DNA from: Sphyrna mokarran
Lineage: Eukaryota
DNA length: 64,000 nt
Direction of reading: 5' to 3'
Assembly (NCBI GenBank): GCA_024679065.1
Contig: JAGIQG010000022.1
Coordinates: forward strand, 14,570,001-14,634,000
The notes under the pieces are model-generated. The model ran no database searches. It was not told the DNA's origin and saw nothing but the letters and a program-made list of their open reading frames with translations. The number at the start of each line of letters is the position of its first letter. Positions within the stretch are counted from its first letter, which is position 1. Shown here piece after piece: positions 24,301 to 34,630 of this stretch. Position numbers and translations under genes: made by a program.

Positions 24301-27300
24301 TGGCCTCCTTCTGCATCTTAGAGATTTTATGATTCCATAATCAGAAGATTCCGCCGCCAGCCGATGGTGGGCCACCTCCTGCCGCTGCGAAACACACGGC
24401 AAATTTCAAGGTAAATCCCACCCCATCTCTCTCTGATGCTTGATCTGTCCCATCATCTAAAGGGAGGTGATGGCTTAGTAGTATTATCGCTAGATTAGTA
24501 ACCATAAACTCAATTAACGATCCAGGGATCCAGTTCTAATCCTGCCACTGCAGGTAGTGAAATTTGAGTTCAATAATAAATAAATAATTAAGAATCTACT
24601 GATGATCATGAAATTATTGTTGGTTGCTGGAAAAACCCGTCTGTTTCACAAATGTCCTTTAGAGAGGAAACTGCCATCCTTATCTGGTCTGGCTTACATA
24701 TGGCTCTAAAGCCACAGCAATGTGGTTGAGTCTCAACTGCCCTCTGAACAAGGACAACTAGGGATGGGCAATAAATGCTAACCAGTTAGCGATGCCCATA
24801 TCCCATGAATCAATAATGAAAAAAATCATTCACTCACCCTCAAATTTGGACTCACTGTTGGTGATGCTCTTGTACCGTGTGACAAAGGCACAATGCCAGC
24901 TTCTCATGTTGTCCTTCATTGGGTGGCATGGTGGCACAGTGGTTAGTGCTGCTACCTCGCAGCGCCAGGGATCTGGGTTCAGTTCCCAGCTAGGGTTACT
25001 GTCTGTGTGGAGTTAGCCCATTCTCCCTGTGTCTGTGGGTGCTCCAGTTTCCTCCCACAGTCCGAAATAGGTGTTGACTATGTGCATTGGCCATGCTAAA
25101 TTCTCCTTCAGTGTTACCCGACCAGGTAGCATGGAGTGTGGCGCCTAGGGTGTTTTCACAGTAACTTCATTGCAGTGTTAATGTAACTTGTGACGCTCAT
25201 AAATAAACTTAAAAAATAACTCATTCTTCAACAGAGCCTTCAGCAAACTCAAGGAGAATGGCAGAGGCAACATCTCTCGTTCCTCATCGAGCACGAGCAG
25301 TTTCAGTAGCACTGCTGGTGAGAACGAAGTGTTGGAGGAGTACGAGGGCGGAACAGTGAGTATATGTGGGGACAGCCTGGCGGAACAGGCACACTACGGA
25401 TGAGTGAGCTTAACCTGACTGATGCAAATGTAAGAAAGTCTTAGCGTCATCTCATACAGAATAAAAGCAAAATATTGCGGGGTGCTGAAATAAAAGCCAA
25501 AAATGCTGGCAGCATCTGTGGCGAGAGAAACAGAGTCAGCGTTCTGAGTCCAATATGCCTCTTCTTCGCAGAAGTTCTGTTTCGCTCTCCTCAAAGCCTG
25601 CGTGACTATCTGGAATCACACAGGAAGGCCCCGGATTCTAGGCCTGGCTTGTGTTGAGTTTGCTCATCTTAAGTAAGGCAGCAGTCCGGTGCACCCAGCC
25701 TCAGCACTTCTGCCGCAGAGGTAGTAAAATATAATTCCTCACTCTGGATCTTTACTCCGTGACACTGACAACATTTAAAAGGCATTTGGGCAGTCACGTG
25801 GATAGGAAAGGTTTAGCGGATATGGGTCAAATGCAGGCAAAATGGGGTTAGTTTAGATGGGCATGCTGGTCAGCATGGACCAGCTTGGGCTGAAGGGCCT
25901 GTCTCTGTGCCGTTGATTCCATGATGCCTTATTGAAAATCCGTGTGTGTGTTGAAGTGCTGGGGGCAGTATCAAACTCAGAGGCCGAAGTACCTTTACCA
26001 GGATTCCTTTTATTTACCAACCCAATTCTACTCCTTGAGTGCCTCAGCTCCACAGTCAGAATCAGGAGTGCCAATGGACTTGACACTCCCATACTTATAT
26101 GTAGTAAAACGTCTCACAACGTTAGGTTAAAGTCCAACAGGTTTATTTGGAATCACGAGTTTTCAGTGTGCAGCTCCTTTATCAGGTAAGCAAGCAGCGC
26201 TCCGAAAACTCGTGATTCCAAATAAACCTCTTGGACTTTAACCTGGCATTGTGAGACTTCTTACTGTGCCCACCCCAGTCCAATGCCAGCATCACCACAT
26301 CTTACTTATATATAGGTGGGGTTCCCTGATTGGGCAGGCAATCATTACCTCAATCAGGGAGCTCATACTCCAAGAGTGGGCATGGCCTTGTGGAAGTCAA
26401 TATGCCACCTTCCACATAAATACAATCAAATAGCATCTAACGCCCGATGTCATGAAGGATAGTCTCTTAAAGAAGGTTCTGGATTGGGGGAAGAGGGCCG
26501 CTGTATAACTCATGGTGTTCCTTTCAGAAAGAAAGACGAGGAAAACAAAATAGGGCCAAGTTTTCCCCGCTGTGGCAAAGGAATAATTTCCACTGCCCAA
26601 CCCACATCTAACTGCCCACAGACTGTGGGAATACTGTGTACAGTTCTGCTCACCCTATTATAGAAAAGATATTACAGAAAAGATTTACTAGGATGCTACC
26701 GGGACTTGATGGTTTGAGTTGTAAGGAGAGGCTGGATTGACTGGGACTTTATTCTCTAGAACATAGGAGGCTAAGGGGTGACCTTATAGAATAATGAGGG
26801 GCACAGATCAGCTAAATGTCAATATCCTTTCCCAAAGGTAGGGGAATCTAAAACTAGAGGATATAGGTTTAAGGTGAGAGGGGAGAGATACAAAAATGTT
26901 CAGAATAACAATTCTTTCATACAAAGGGTAGCGAGTGTCTAGAACAAGGTGCCAGAGGTGGGTACAATTTTGTCTTTTAAAAAACATTTAGACAGTTATA
27001 TGGATAAGATGGATATGGAGGGATATGGGCCAAATGTGGGCAATTGGAATTAGCTTAGGGGTTTAAAAAAAAGGGGCGGCATGGACAAGTGAGGTGAAAG
27101 GGCCTATTTCCACGCTGTAAACCACTGTGAGTCTTTGAAGTTCACCACACTTTGGCAAGAGAGATTTCCATTAATGCAGAGCTGGCGGCACTGTCTACAG
27201 GGATATGTGACACCTGTAAACAGAGCAAACCACAGCAAGGCTCTTCAACCAATCAGAGTGATGTATCCTCACTGACAGCTGGATTTTCCAGGCCCCGAGA

Positions 27301-30300
27301 CAAAGAGGGGAGCGGAAGCAGAGTTCAGGTCTGGGGCTTTCAGGGAAAGATGGGAGAGGGGGTGGTGTGGAAGGGGGAGGGGCAGTGGTGGGCATGTAGC
27401 CACATTGTTATCACTACAATAATATTCAAGCCACTGTGTAAAAGCATGGTAACATCGGTAACTAATTACTGATCAGTTGCCTAATGCTCTTTTTCTATCC
27501 TTACAGCCATCTCCTTTCAGATCGGATGTTTTTGCCTACAGCAATGAAAACCAAAGCGGCTCAAGTCAAACGAGCTTGTGCAAGAGCCCCACAGGTCTGT
27601 ACGTCTACACTCATACGTTCCCACCACTTTATTCCCTATTCAGAAACCTCACCCAGTTGCCCCAGCAGTGGTACAGACAGTTGAGGGAAGAGTAAATGAG
27701 GATGATTTTATTCTGTATGTGTTGTTATGATCTGGAAGATTGGTGGAAGCAGATTCAGTAATAGCTAACAAAAGGGGAACTACATACGGTGGTTAGCACT
27801 GCTGCCTCACATCCATTGACAACTTACTTTATAAAGGGGAACGTCCATTCAGAAATGGTCTTATTGGCTGTCCCAGGCCCTTGGGGAACCCCAGGCCCTT
27901 GTTAAGATGATCAAAAACTGATGCCTGCAGAAATCAGAGGGACCAGGAGACCACAGACAGATACCTGAACAGATGGTCCCCTTTATAAAATAAGTTGTCA
28001 ATGGATGAGAGGCTGGTTTGAGTGGTGGACCGTTCACAACCCTTTGTAACTCCTTGCAGAGCAGGAGCCATGCCAAGATGTGATACAACCAGAAAGAATG
28101 CTTTCTTTGGTGCATCTGTGAAAGTTGGTGTCTCAATTGAAAAGAAAGCTGGGGTTGGTTAGTCATGAGCCATGAGCTGACATCTGCCATCAGAGTACTG
28201 TACTGTGTGTTAATACTTGTTGAGTGTTTATTACTTTCTTCCACAGACACTGCAAAGTGTAAAACCTCTCCAAGAACGACTTTGAAATTCAGATTTGAGA
28301 AACTCCATCACAGCTCAAACCCAGTGAGTATGCTTGGCACTTGGACCAGCCCTTGCTTTGTACTGCTTTGTTAGATCTGATTAATTCCTCAATTTGTTTG
28401 TACACCCTTTGCCAGGATTGCAATAATTCAGCAGCAATATTTCTCCCCCAGCCCTCTCACCGACCCCACCCCCTCAGCCCTTCCCCCTGGTCGGTCGGGT
28501 CCTTCAAAACCTTTAGGACTGAGGTGAGGAGAAATTTCTTCACCCAGAGAGTGGCGAATGTGTGAAATTCGCTACCACAGAATGCAGCTGAGGTCAAAAC
28601 ATTGTGTGATTTCAAGACGAAATTAGATAGAGCTCTTGGAGCTGAAGGGATTAAGGATATGGAGGGGAAGAGGCGGGGGGGGGATTAGGATATTGAATTT
28701 GATGATCAGCCCATGGTCCAAATGAATGGTGGAGTAGACTCAAAAGGTCAAATGGCCTACTCTTATTTCTAGTTTCTACATTTCTATGTAAAAATGGCAG
28801 AATTGACTGAATTCCAGGATTTCCAGGCCTGATTTCTGATGCCCCCAGTTTCCGCCAGCACGAGAATAAGACTCCGGGCTGGTTCAAGTCACAAGGCTGC
28901 ATCCTGAAGTCCTGACCTGGCCAGAGGGAATAGGCTTCTCCGAGCCCCCTGCACTTCTCATGGAGTCAGATCAGCTTTTCAACAGCTCATAGTCCTCAGC
29001 CCCTTAGAGCTATCATGACCGTAGTCTGAAGGAAGGAGACATTTGAAAGCTAGGTCAACAGGTCTTGCCCCTTTGCCAATCAATCCCCAATGGCCATTCA
29101 TATCCACCATGTCTATCTCTGCCTCTCCAACCACTCCCAGTGGTCCCTTAAACCTTCAATGCCAATCTATGGCACTTCCATGCCCATTCACCCAGAATAC
29201 ACTTGGCGCACAATCAGCGTACCCTATTGTAACAATTGCATGCGTGGAAGAGCTTTAGAAATTGTCATTCATTCAGATTTTTATTTTTAATATCTGCTTT
29301 TATTACAGCCCTATAAAAGTGAGCATAATCCTGACTTTTGAAAGTATCAGTAGTGGAAACTGTCTGCACTTGACACTCTTTATTTTGTGCACATAAACAT
29401 GGTACAATTCACAATGTAGTTCTAAGAGAAGGATTATCTTATTGAAACATATAAGATAATTAGAGGTTTGGATAGGGTGGACAGTGATAGCCTTTTTCCT
29501 AGGATGGAAAAAGCTAGCACGAGGGGACACAACTTTAAATTAAGGGGTATGAGTTATAGGACGGATATCAGAGGTAGGTTCTTTACTCAAAGAGTGATTA
29601 GGGAGTGGAATGCCCTGCCTGCAGCTGTTGTGGATGCGCCAAGTTTGGTGGCGTTTAAGAGGTTAGTTGATAAGTATATGGATGAGAAGGGAATGGTTTA
29701 GTTAGGAGGGGCATTGCTTTTTATTTTGGTCGGCACAACATCGAGGGCCGAAGGGCCTGTTCTGTGCTGTATTGTTCTATGTTCTATGTTCTATGTTCTA
29801 TTGTCATTCCAGCAAAATTTGCCCTTGGGTGCAGCAGATATTTTTAATATCTGCTTTTATTACAGCCCTATAAAAGTGAGCATAATCCTGACTTTTGAAA
29901 GTATCAGTAGTGGAAACTGTCTGCACTTGACACTCTTTATTTTGTGCACATAAACATGGTACAATTCACAATGTAGTTCTAAGAGAAGGATTATCTTATT
30001 GAAACATATAAGATAATTAGAGGTTTGGATAGGGTGGACAGTGATAGCCTTTTTCCTAGGATGGAAAAAGCTAGCACGAGGGGACACAACTTTAAATTAA
30101 GGGGTATGAGTTATAGGACGGATATCAGAGGTAGGTTCTTTACTCAAAGAGTGATTAGGGAGTGGAATGCCCTGCCTGCAGCTGTTGTAGATGCGCCAAG
30201 TTTGGTGGCGTTTAAGAGGTTAGTTGATAAGTATATGGATGAGAAGGGAATGGTTTAGTTAGGAGGGGCATTGCTTTTTATTTTGGTCGGCACAACATCG

Positions 30301-31062
30301 AAGGCCGAAGGGCCTGTTCTGTGCTGTATTGTTCTATGTTCTATGTTCTATGTTCTATTGTCATTCCAGCAAAATTTGCCCTTGGGTGCAGCTGTTTCAA
30401 CAGACTAATGGATGTCAGGGCTCTCAGCCAAGAATATATAATGAGGCTCGAGATACTGGAAATCTGAGATAAAAACAGAAAATGCTGGAAACACTCAGTA
30501 GATCAGTCAGCACAGCAGGGAGAGAGAAGAGGGTTAACATTTTAGGTCAATGTCATCAGAAGGGGAAGAAGTTACAGATTTACAATTTATAAATCCAGGG
30601 ATAAAGGGCGAGGAAGGTCTATGATGAGGTGGTGGGCAGGAATGATTAAATAGGAAAAGGGATGATGGTGCATCCGATGGAAGTGCCATAGGTTGGCATT
30701 GAGGGTATAGGGGAGCACTGGGAATGGCTGGAGAGGCAGGGATTGACATGGTGGATGTGAGGAGCCAGTGGGGATAGACAGAAGCAATTCAAAAAGGGAA
30801 TGGCCGGGGACATCGATGAAACGAAAGCTGGATCCAGTGGAGGTGTAAATGGTCACAACAGCAGCATTGCCAGCTCTTGCTCTGTGAGGAATTGGGAACG
30901 GTGGTTGTGATCTAAAATTGTTAAATTCAAAGATGCTTCACTATTCTAATTTGTTAAATTAAAGGTCACTATTCTATTGCTTTTCTTCAGTATTCTGTTC
31001 ATTAATACTTAACCTAAAATTGAGTTGATTATATTCTTAATTTTTTTAAGCAGGGTCACTAG
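281..31062 (+). CDS. RAP1GAP2: Rap1 GTPase-activating protein 2(-like), 5'-partial spliced CDS: join(281..334,2069..2152,3460..3560,4896..5025,8540..8695,9887..9958,12242..12328,13262..13396,18768..18905,20899..20996,22449..22562,25235..25355,27507..27594,28247..28323,31054..31062)
   Basis: Manual splicing gives 1464 nt (487 aa plus stop) with GT-AG introns and matching phases. The RapGAP domain contains [24 protein letters not shown] and catalytic KRHIGND. RAP1GAP2-type segments include [49 protein letters not shown] and LKFRF, with a terminal GH*. Orthologue versus close paralogue is not resolved. Confidence 0.92.
1678..1990 (+). mobile_element. HE1-type tRNA-derived V-SINE, CR1-type tail
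   Basis: A box tggcacagtgg, B box ggattcaattt, V-domain gtggagtttgcacattctcccc, tail gatgggccaaaaggcctcct. Confidence 0.85.
2069..2152 (+). CDS. RAP1GAP2: RAP1GAP2-like exon ([28 protein letters not shown])
   Basis: cccccaag| ... |gtgagg; start of the RapGAP catalytic domain. Confidence 0.95.
3050..3372 (+). mobile_element. HE1-type V-SINE, CR1-type tail
   Basis: Same head; tail ...tggcctccttctgcactgttgggattctatga. Confidence 0.85.
3460..3560 (+). CDS. RAP1GAP2: RAP1GAP2-like exon ([34 protein letters not shown])
   Basis: gttccag| ... |gtgagt; phase 0 to 2. Confidence 0.95.
4040..4350 (+). mobile_element. Second tRNA-derived SINE family (other copies at ~21360-21695, 24465-24820, 46250-46575 on +; ~43190-43400, 57315-57510 on -)
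   Basis: gggttcaaatcccacc head, core ctggttca..tgtcctttagggaaggaaatctgcc, tail cccacatcc.gtgaatgaataa. Confidence 0.75.
4896..5025 (+). CDS. RAP1GAP2: RAP1GAP2-like exon ([43 protein letters not shown])
   Basis: caatatag| ... |gtgggc; highly conserved RapGAP motifs. Confidence 0.95.
5542..5655 (+). repeat. G-rich low-complexity tract (potential G-quadruplex); similar tracts at ~15968-16050 (+) and ~36235-36330 (-)
   Basis: Many GGG/GGGG runs with short spacers. Confidence 0.6.
6978..7326. mobile_element. Penelope-like element terminal fragment with inverted copy and hammerhead core
   Basis: ctgatgaagggtc...gactcgaaac at 7232-7259, inverted counterpart at ~6978-7020. Confidence 0.6.
7820..8290 (-). 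mobile_element. CR1 LINE fragment
   Basis: Reverse complement of the CR1 RT C-terminal region seen elsewhere in the window. Confidence 0.7.
8540..8695 (+). CDS. RAP1GAP2: RAP1GAP2-like exon with catalytic asparagine thumb ([52 protein letters not shown])
   Basis: ccctcacag| ... |gtaaca; KRHIGND catalytic helix. Confidence 0.96.
8898..9188 (+). mobile_element. HE1-head SINE with alternative tail (tail B)
   Basis: Tail ccctcagtgtacc...gtgtggcgactaggggattttcacagtaacttcattgca...cctacttgt. Confidence 0.85.
9393..9620 (+). repeat. 53-bp tandem array (4 copies plus a partial) inside an HE1-type SINE
   Basis: gatgtgc recurs at 9398, 9451, 9504, 9557 and 9609; ccatgct and ctgtact variants alternate. 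Confidence 0.9.
9887..9958 (+). CDS. RAP1GAP2: RAP1GAP2-like exon ([24 protein letters not shown])
   Basis: ccttggcag| ... |gtaagc. Confidence 0.94.
10120..11350 (+). mobile_element. Degenerate CR1 LINE 3' fragment with nested HE1-type SINE (~10255-10710) and short TIR element (~11013-11135)
   Basis: CR1 motifs (tggcaggtggagcataatgtgggaaaatgtg; gaggagaatttgtttctcttgaggg) interrupted by a SINE. Confidence 0.7.
12242..12328 (+). CDS. RAP1GAP2: RAP1GAP2-like exon ([29 protein letters not shown])
   Basis: tttctgcctag| ... |gtaaga. Confidence 0.95.
12875..13148 (-). mobile_element. LINE 3' end sharing its tail with the second SINE family
   Basis: gggatgtgggcgtcactggctaggccagcatttattg is the reverse complement of that SINE tail, followed by LINE-like sequence; similar copy at ~46905-47135. 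Confidence 0.6.
13262..13396 (+). CDS. RAP1GAP2: RAP1GAP2-like exon ([45 protein letters not shown])
   Basis: ctgtgcag| ... |gtaaag. Confidence 0.95.
13580..14240 (+). mobile_element. 5'-truncated CR1 (HER1-like) LINE with (TCTTATGG)n tail
   Basis: Decayed RT C-terminus ([25 protein letters not shown]) and 3' UTR gggccgagtggcctaattctgctc. Confidence 0.85.
14995..15268 (-). mobile_element. HE1-head SINE, tail B
   Basis: Reverse complement of the family consensus seen in other copies. Confidence 0.85.
16060..16995. mobile_element. Cluster of three HE1-type SINEs (+16060-16327, -16340-16633, +16683-16995)
   Basis: Family head and tail motifs; the first two are tail to tail. Confidence 0.85.
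17470..18197. mobile_element. HE1-type SINEs (+17470-17915, -18000-18197)
   Basis: Family motifs. Confidence 0.8.
18768..18905 (+). CDS. RAP1GAP2: RAP1GAP2-like exon ([46 protein letters not shown])
   Basis: tttccaaaacag| ... |gtgagt. Confidence 0.93.
19235..19527 (-). mobile_element. HE1-head SINE, tail B
   Basis: Family motifs. Confidence 0.85.
19823..19971. mobile_element. Fold-back Penelope-like terminal fragment with 12-bp TSD
   Basis: Direct repeat gtggcaaaatac at 19811-19822 and 19972-19983; inverted arms ccaaaagacaaaatgctggaaa / tttccagcattttctcttttgg. Confidence 0.7.
20899..20996 (+). CDS. RAP1GAP2: RAP1GAP2-like exon ([33 protein letters not shown])
   Basis: ttttggcag| ... tg|gtaagt; SPxKRRS motif. 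The upstream in-frame AG is excluded by a TAA stop. Confidence 0.85.
22449..22562 (+). CDS. RAP1GAP2: RAP1GAP2-like exon ([38 protein letters not shown])
   Basis: ttctgtgacag| ... ag|gtaatg; [15 protein letters not shown] motif. Confidence 0.9.
24021..24335 (+). mobile_element. HE1-type SINE nested in a short TIR element (~23903-24424)
   Basis: Family motifs; flanks carry the ggaactttcc / ggtaaatcccaccc ends. Confidence 0.75.
24922..25211 (+). mobile_element. HE1-head SINE, tail B, ending ~24 nt before an exon
   Basis: Family motifs; tail ataaataaactt. Confidence 0.85.
25235..25355 (+). CDS. RAP1GAP2: RAP1GAP2-like exon ([40 protein letters not shown])
   Basis: cttcaacag| ... |gtgagt; [17 protein letters not shown] motif. 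Confidence 0.92.
26101..26302. mobile_element. Fold-back Penelope-like fragment (second family) with 9-bp TSD
   Basis: Inverted arms ~26101-26180 and ~26195-26266; tacttatat at 26092-26100 and 26303-26311. Confidence 0.65.
26630..27135 (+). mobile_element. CR1 LINE 3' fragment (related copy at ~31845-32360)
   Basis: [13 protein letters not shown]-like decayed frame and 3' UTR gggcggcatggacaag. Confidence 0.8.
27507..27594 (+). CDS. RAP1GAP2: RAP1GAP2-like exon ([30 protein letters not shown])
   Basis: tatccttacag| ... g|gtctgt; SPF..VF.YS and SPT motifs. Confidence 0.85.
28247..28323 (+). CDS. RAP1GAP2: RAP1GAP2-like exon ([25 protein letters not shown])
   Basis: ttcttccacag| ... |gtgagt; SPR..LKFRF.KL motif. 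Confidence 0.92.
29282..30392 (+). repeat. Near-perfect 557-bp tandem duplication, each unit carrying a CR1 LINE 3' end with a (GTTCTAT)4 tail
   Basis: Identical ORFs at offset 557 in the track; two G/A differences seen (29632/30189, 29745/30302). Confidence 0.95.
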
Positions 31063-31100
31063 CAGGAGTCATTACCCACCTGGCTACATACACTTGTGAG
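31054..31100 (+). CDS. RAP1GAP2: RAP1GAP2-like stop-codon exon (GGT CAC TAG = GH*, plus 38 nt of 3' UTR)
   Basis: tttttaagcag|GGTCACTAG ... gag|gtcagt; RAP1GAP2 proteins end in GH. Confidence 0.8.
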
Positions 31101-31211
31101 GTCAGTCCTTTCACTTGTTTTATCTCCTTATGTACACATGTTTAAAAACAACCAACATATCCTCATTGGCATAGATGGAGATTTTTGTTCGTTCATAGCA
31201 TGTGGGAATCT

Positions 31212-34200
31212 TAGAATCATAGAATCCCTATAGTGCAGAAGGAAGCCTTTTAATCCATCTGCACCGACCACAATCCCTATTCCCGCTATCCCTCGTATTT
31301 ACCCTGCTAATCCAGCTGACACCAGGGTTAATTTAGCATGGCCAATTAACCTAACCCATACATTTTTGGACTGTGGGAAGAAACTGGAGCACCCAGAGCA
31401 AACCCACACAGATATGAAGGGAATGTGCAAACTCCACACAGGTAGTGACCCAAGGCTGAAATTGAATCCGGGTCCCTGGTGCTGTGAGGCAGCAGTGCTA
31501 ACCACAGTGCCATCGAGTTGCTAGCAAAGCCAGCTTTTGTTGCCCTAATTGCTCTCAAACTGAGTGGCTTAATGAGTTATTTAACAGGACAGTTAAGAAT
31601 CAAGCACCTTGCTGTGGGGCTGGAATTACAGATAGATCAGACCAAGTAAAGGTGGCAGATTAGTGCCATTAGTAAAGCAGGTAATAACTTCATGGTCAAT
31701 CTTACTGAGACTAATGCTTCCAATTTCAGATGTTACAATTAATCAAGTGAATCATTTAATTAATTCAAATTCCACCAGCTGTCACTGTATAGGGTTTTGA
31801 TGAGTGAGTACAGTTCTGAAGTACAACACAAGGACACACAAGTGCATACAGTTCTGGTCACCCTATTATAGAAAGGATATTATCAAACTAGAAAGAATAC
31901 AGAAAAGATTTACTAGGATGCTCCCTGGACTTGATGCTTTGCATTATTAGGAGAGGCTGGATAGACTGGGACTTTCTTCCCTGAAGCACAGGAGGCTTGG
32001 AGGTGAATTTATAGCGGTCATTAAAATAATGAGGGGCATAGATCAGCTAGTCAATAAATATCTTTTCCCAAAAGTAGGGGAGTCTAAAGCTAGACGGCAT
32101 AGGCTTAAGGCGAGAGGGGAGAGATACAAAAGGGTCTACAGAGCATGGTGAGTGTCTAGAACGAACTGCCAGAGGCAGAAATAGAGACAGATATAATTTG
32201 TCTTTTAAAAACCATTTAGACAGTTACATGGGTAAGATGGGTATAGAGGGATGTGGGCCAAATGTGGGAAATTGGGATTAGCTTAGTGATTAAAGAAAAG
32301 GATAGCATAGACAAGTTGGGCCAAAGAGCCTGTTTCCATGCTGTAAACCTCTATGACTCAATGACCAGAAATAGAAGCAGGATTAGGCCACTAGGCCCTT
32401 CAAACCTGCCCTGCCATTCAATATGATTATGGCTGATTTATTTTGGCCTCAGGTCCTTTTCTGTGCCATTTCCCCATAGCCCTCTCTCTCGAGATCTGCC
32501 AAATATTTATCCATCTCCACTTTAAATACTTCTAATGATCCAGCCCCACAACCCCTGGGGCAGAGAATTCCAGAAATTCACTGCCCTCTGTGAGAAGATA
32601 TTTCTACATACCTCAGTTTTAAAACGGGAATGAATATAGAAGCACAATTTTTGTCTCCTTCCCTGAGGCAGGATATGGGGTAAGATGGAGGCCCAAACAC
32701 ATGCTGTGGGGAATGTGGGTTCAACTCCTACCATGGCAGCCGGTGGAATTTCAATTCAATTCCTAAATCTCAAATGTAAAAAAGCTAGTCACAATAATGG
32801 TGATCACGATAGCTATTATTTTATTTGGTTCACTAAAGGGAAGGAAATCTGCTGGCCTACTTGTGAATCCAGACCCACAACAATTTAGGGCACTACGGTA
32901 GTACAGTGGTTAGCACTGCGGCCTCACAGCACCAGGGACCCAGGTTCGATTCCAGCCTTCGGTTACTGACAGTGTGGAGTTTGCACATTCTCCCCGTGTC
33001 TGCGTGGCTTTCCCTAAGATGCTCTGGTTTCCTCCCACATTCAAGAAACATGCAGGTTAGGTGGATTGGCTGTATTAAGTTGCCCTTTAGTGTCCCATAA
33101 TGTGTAGGTTAGTTGGATTAGCCATGGAAAATGTGTGGGTTATGGGATACGTATGGGTAACATATTCTGTCAGAGGGTCAGTGCAGATTCAATGGCCCAA
33201 ATGGTCTCTTCTGCACTGTAGGGATTCTATTCTATGATGAATGTGGTTGATTTTTAAGTGCCCTCTGAAACGGACTAACAAACCACTCAGTTCAAGGGCA
33301 ATTAGGGGTCGGACTTGACAATGACACCCACAACCCATGAAAGAATAAAGAGGAACAAAACTCGATTGATTCCCAGGATTAGAGGGCTGACTTTTGAGGA
33401 CAGATCTAGTAGGTTAGACTTACTACATTCAGTGATATCTGGAAGAATGAGAGGAGATGCCACTGAATCTTAGAGAGCTTGATAAAGTAGATGCTATTTC
33501 TCCTGGTTGGCAAATTTACAACAAGGATCATCAGTCTCAGGATAAGGGAGTGGCCATTGAAGACAGAGATGAGAATCATCTTCACCCAGAGCTGTGAGTG
33601 CTCTGTCAGTGGCTATATTAAAGTTTAAGTTTATTTATTACTGTCACAAGTAGGCTTACATTAACACTGCGATGAAGTTACTTTGATAATCCCCTAGTCG
33701 CCACACTCTGGCACCTGTTTGGGAGGGAGAACTTATCATGGCTAGTGAATCCAACACCTTTGAACTGTAGGAGGAAACAGGAGCACCCAAAGGAAACCCA
33801 CGAAGACACAGGGAGAACATGCAAAACTGCACACAAGCAGCGACCCAAGCCAGGAATCGAACCTGGGTCCCTGGCACTGTGAGGCAGTAGTGTTAACCGT
33901 TGTGTCACTGTGCCGGTTTCTAAACATGCCTGGCACCAAACCCAGCCGTAGTTCCAGCATAAGTCATGGGTGCAAGAGGGTAGTTACATGGGGTTGCAGG
34001 GATAGAGCCTGAGTGAGATTGTTATCGATGCAGGCTCGATGGGCAGAATGGCCCCCTTCAGCACTGTAAGGATTCTCGGACATGTCAGCACCTTCAAGAG
34101 TTAAGAAGGGCAAATTGAAAGGAGAGTGAATTTTTGAAAAATGAGCTGGGAATTTCCTCGCTCATCAGCATCTCATCGACTGGTGTTTACCAGCGAGCAG

Positions 34201-34630
34201 TATCCAGAGCATCATTGAACCTGAAATTGGATATTATGTTACAATACTGTCTAATATCTAATTCCACTCTCTGCAGTTATAATTGAGGTTTTAATCTCTT
34301 TAAAATGAACACCTCAAGATCACTATATGAAGCAAATGTACAAAAAGAAAACATTACAAGGGTGGCACTGTGGTTAGCACTGCTGCCTCAGTGCAAAGGA
34401 CCCAAGTTTGATTCCCAGCTTGGGTCACTGTCTGTATGGGGTTTGTACATCCTCCCCATGTCTGCATGGGTCTCCTCCAGGTGCTCCAGTTTCCTGCCAC
34501 AGTCTGAAAGACATGCTGGTTAGGTGCATTGACCTAAACAGCCGCTGGAGTGTGGCGACTAGGGGAATTTCATAGTAACTTCATTACAGTGTGAATGTAA
34601 TCCTTGCTTGTAATTAATAAATAAACTTTT
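31212..34630. mobile_element. Repeat-dense last intron: HE1-type SINEs (-31212-31513, +32888-33238, -33620-33915, +34361-34630), CR1 fragments, second SINE family
   Basis: Family motifs. Confidence 0.75.
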
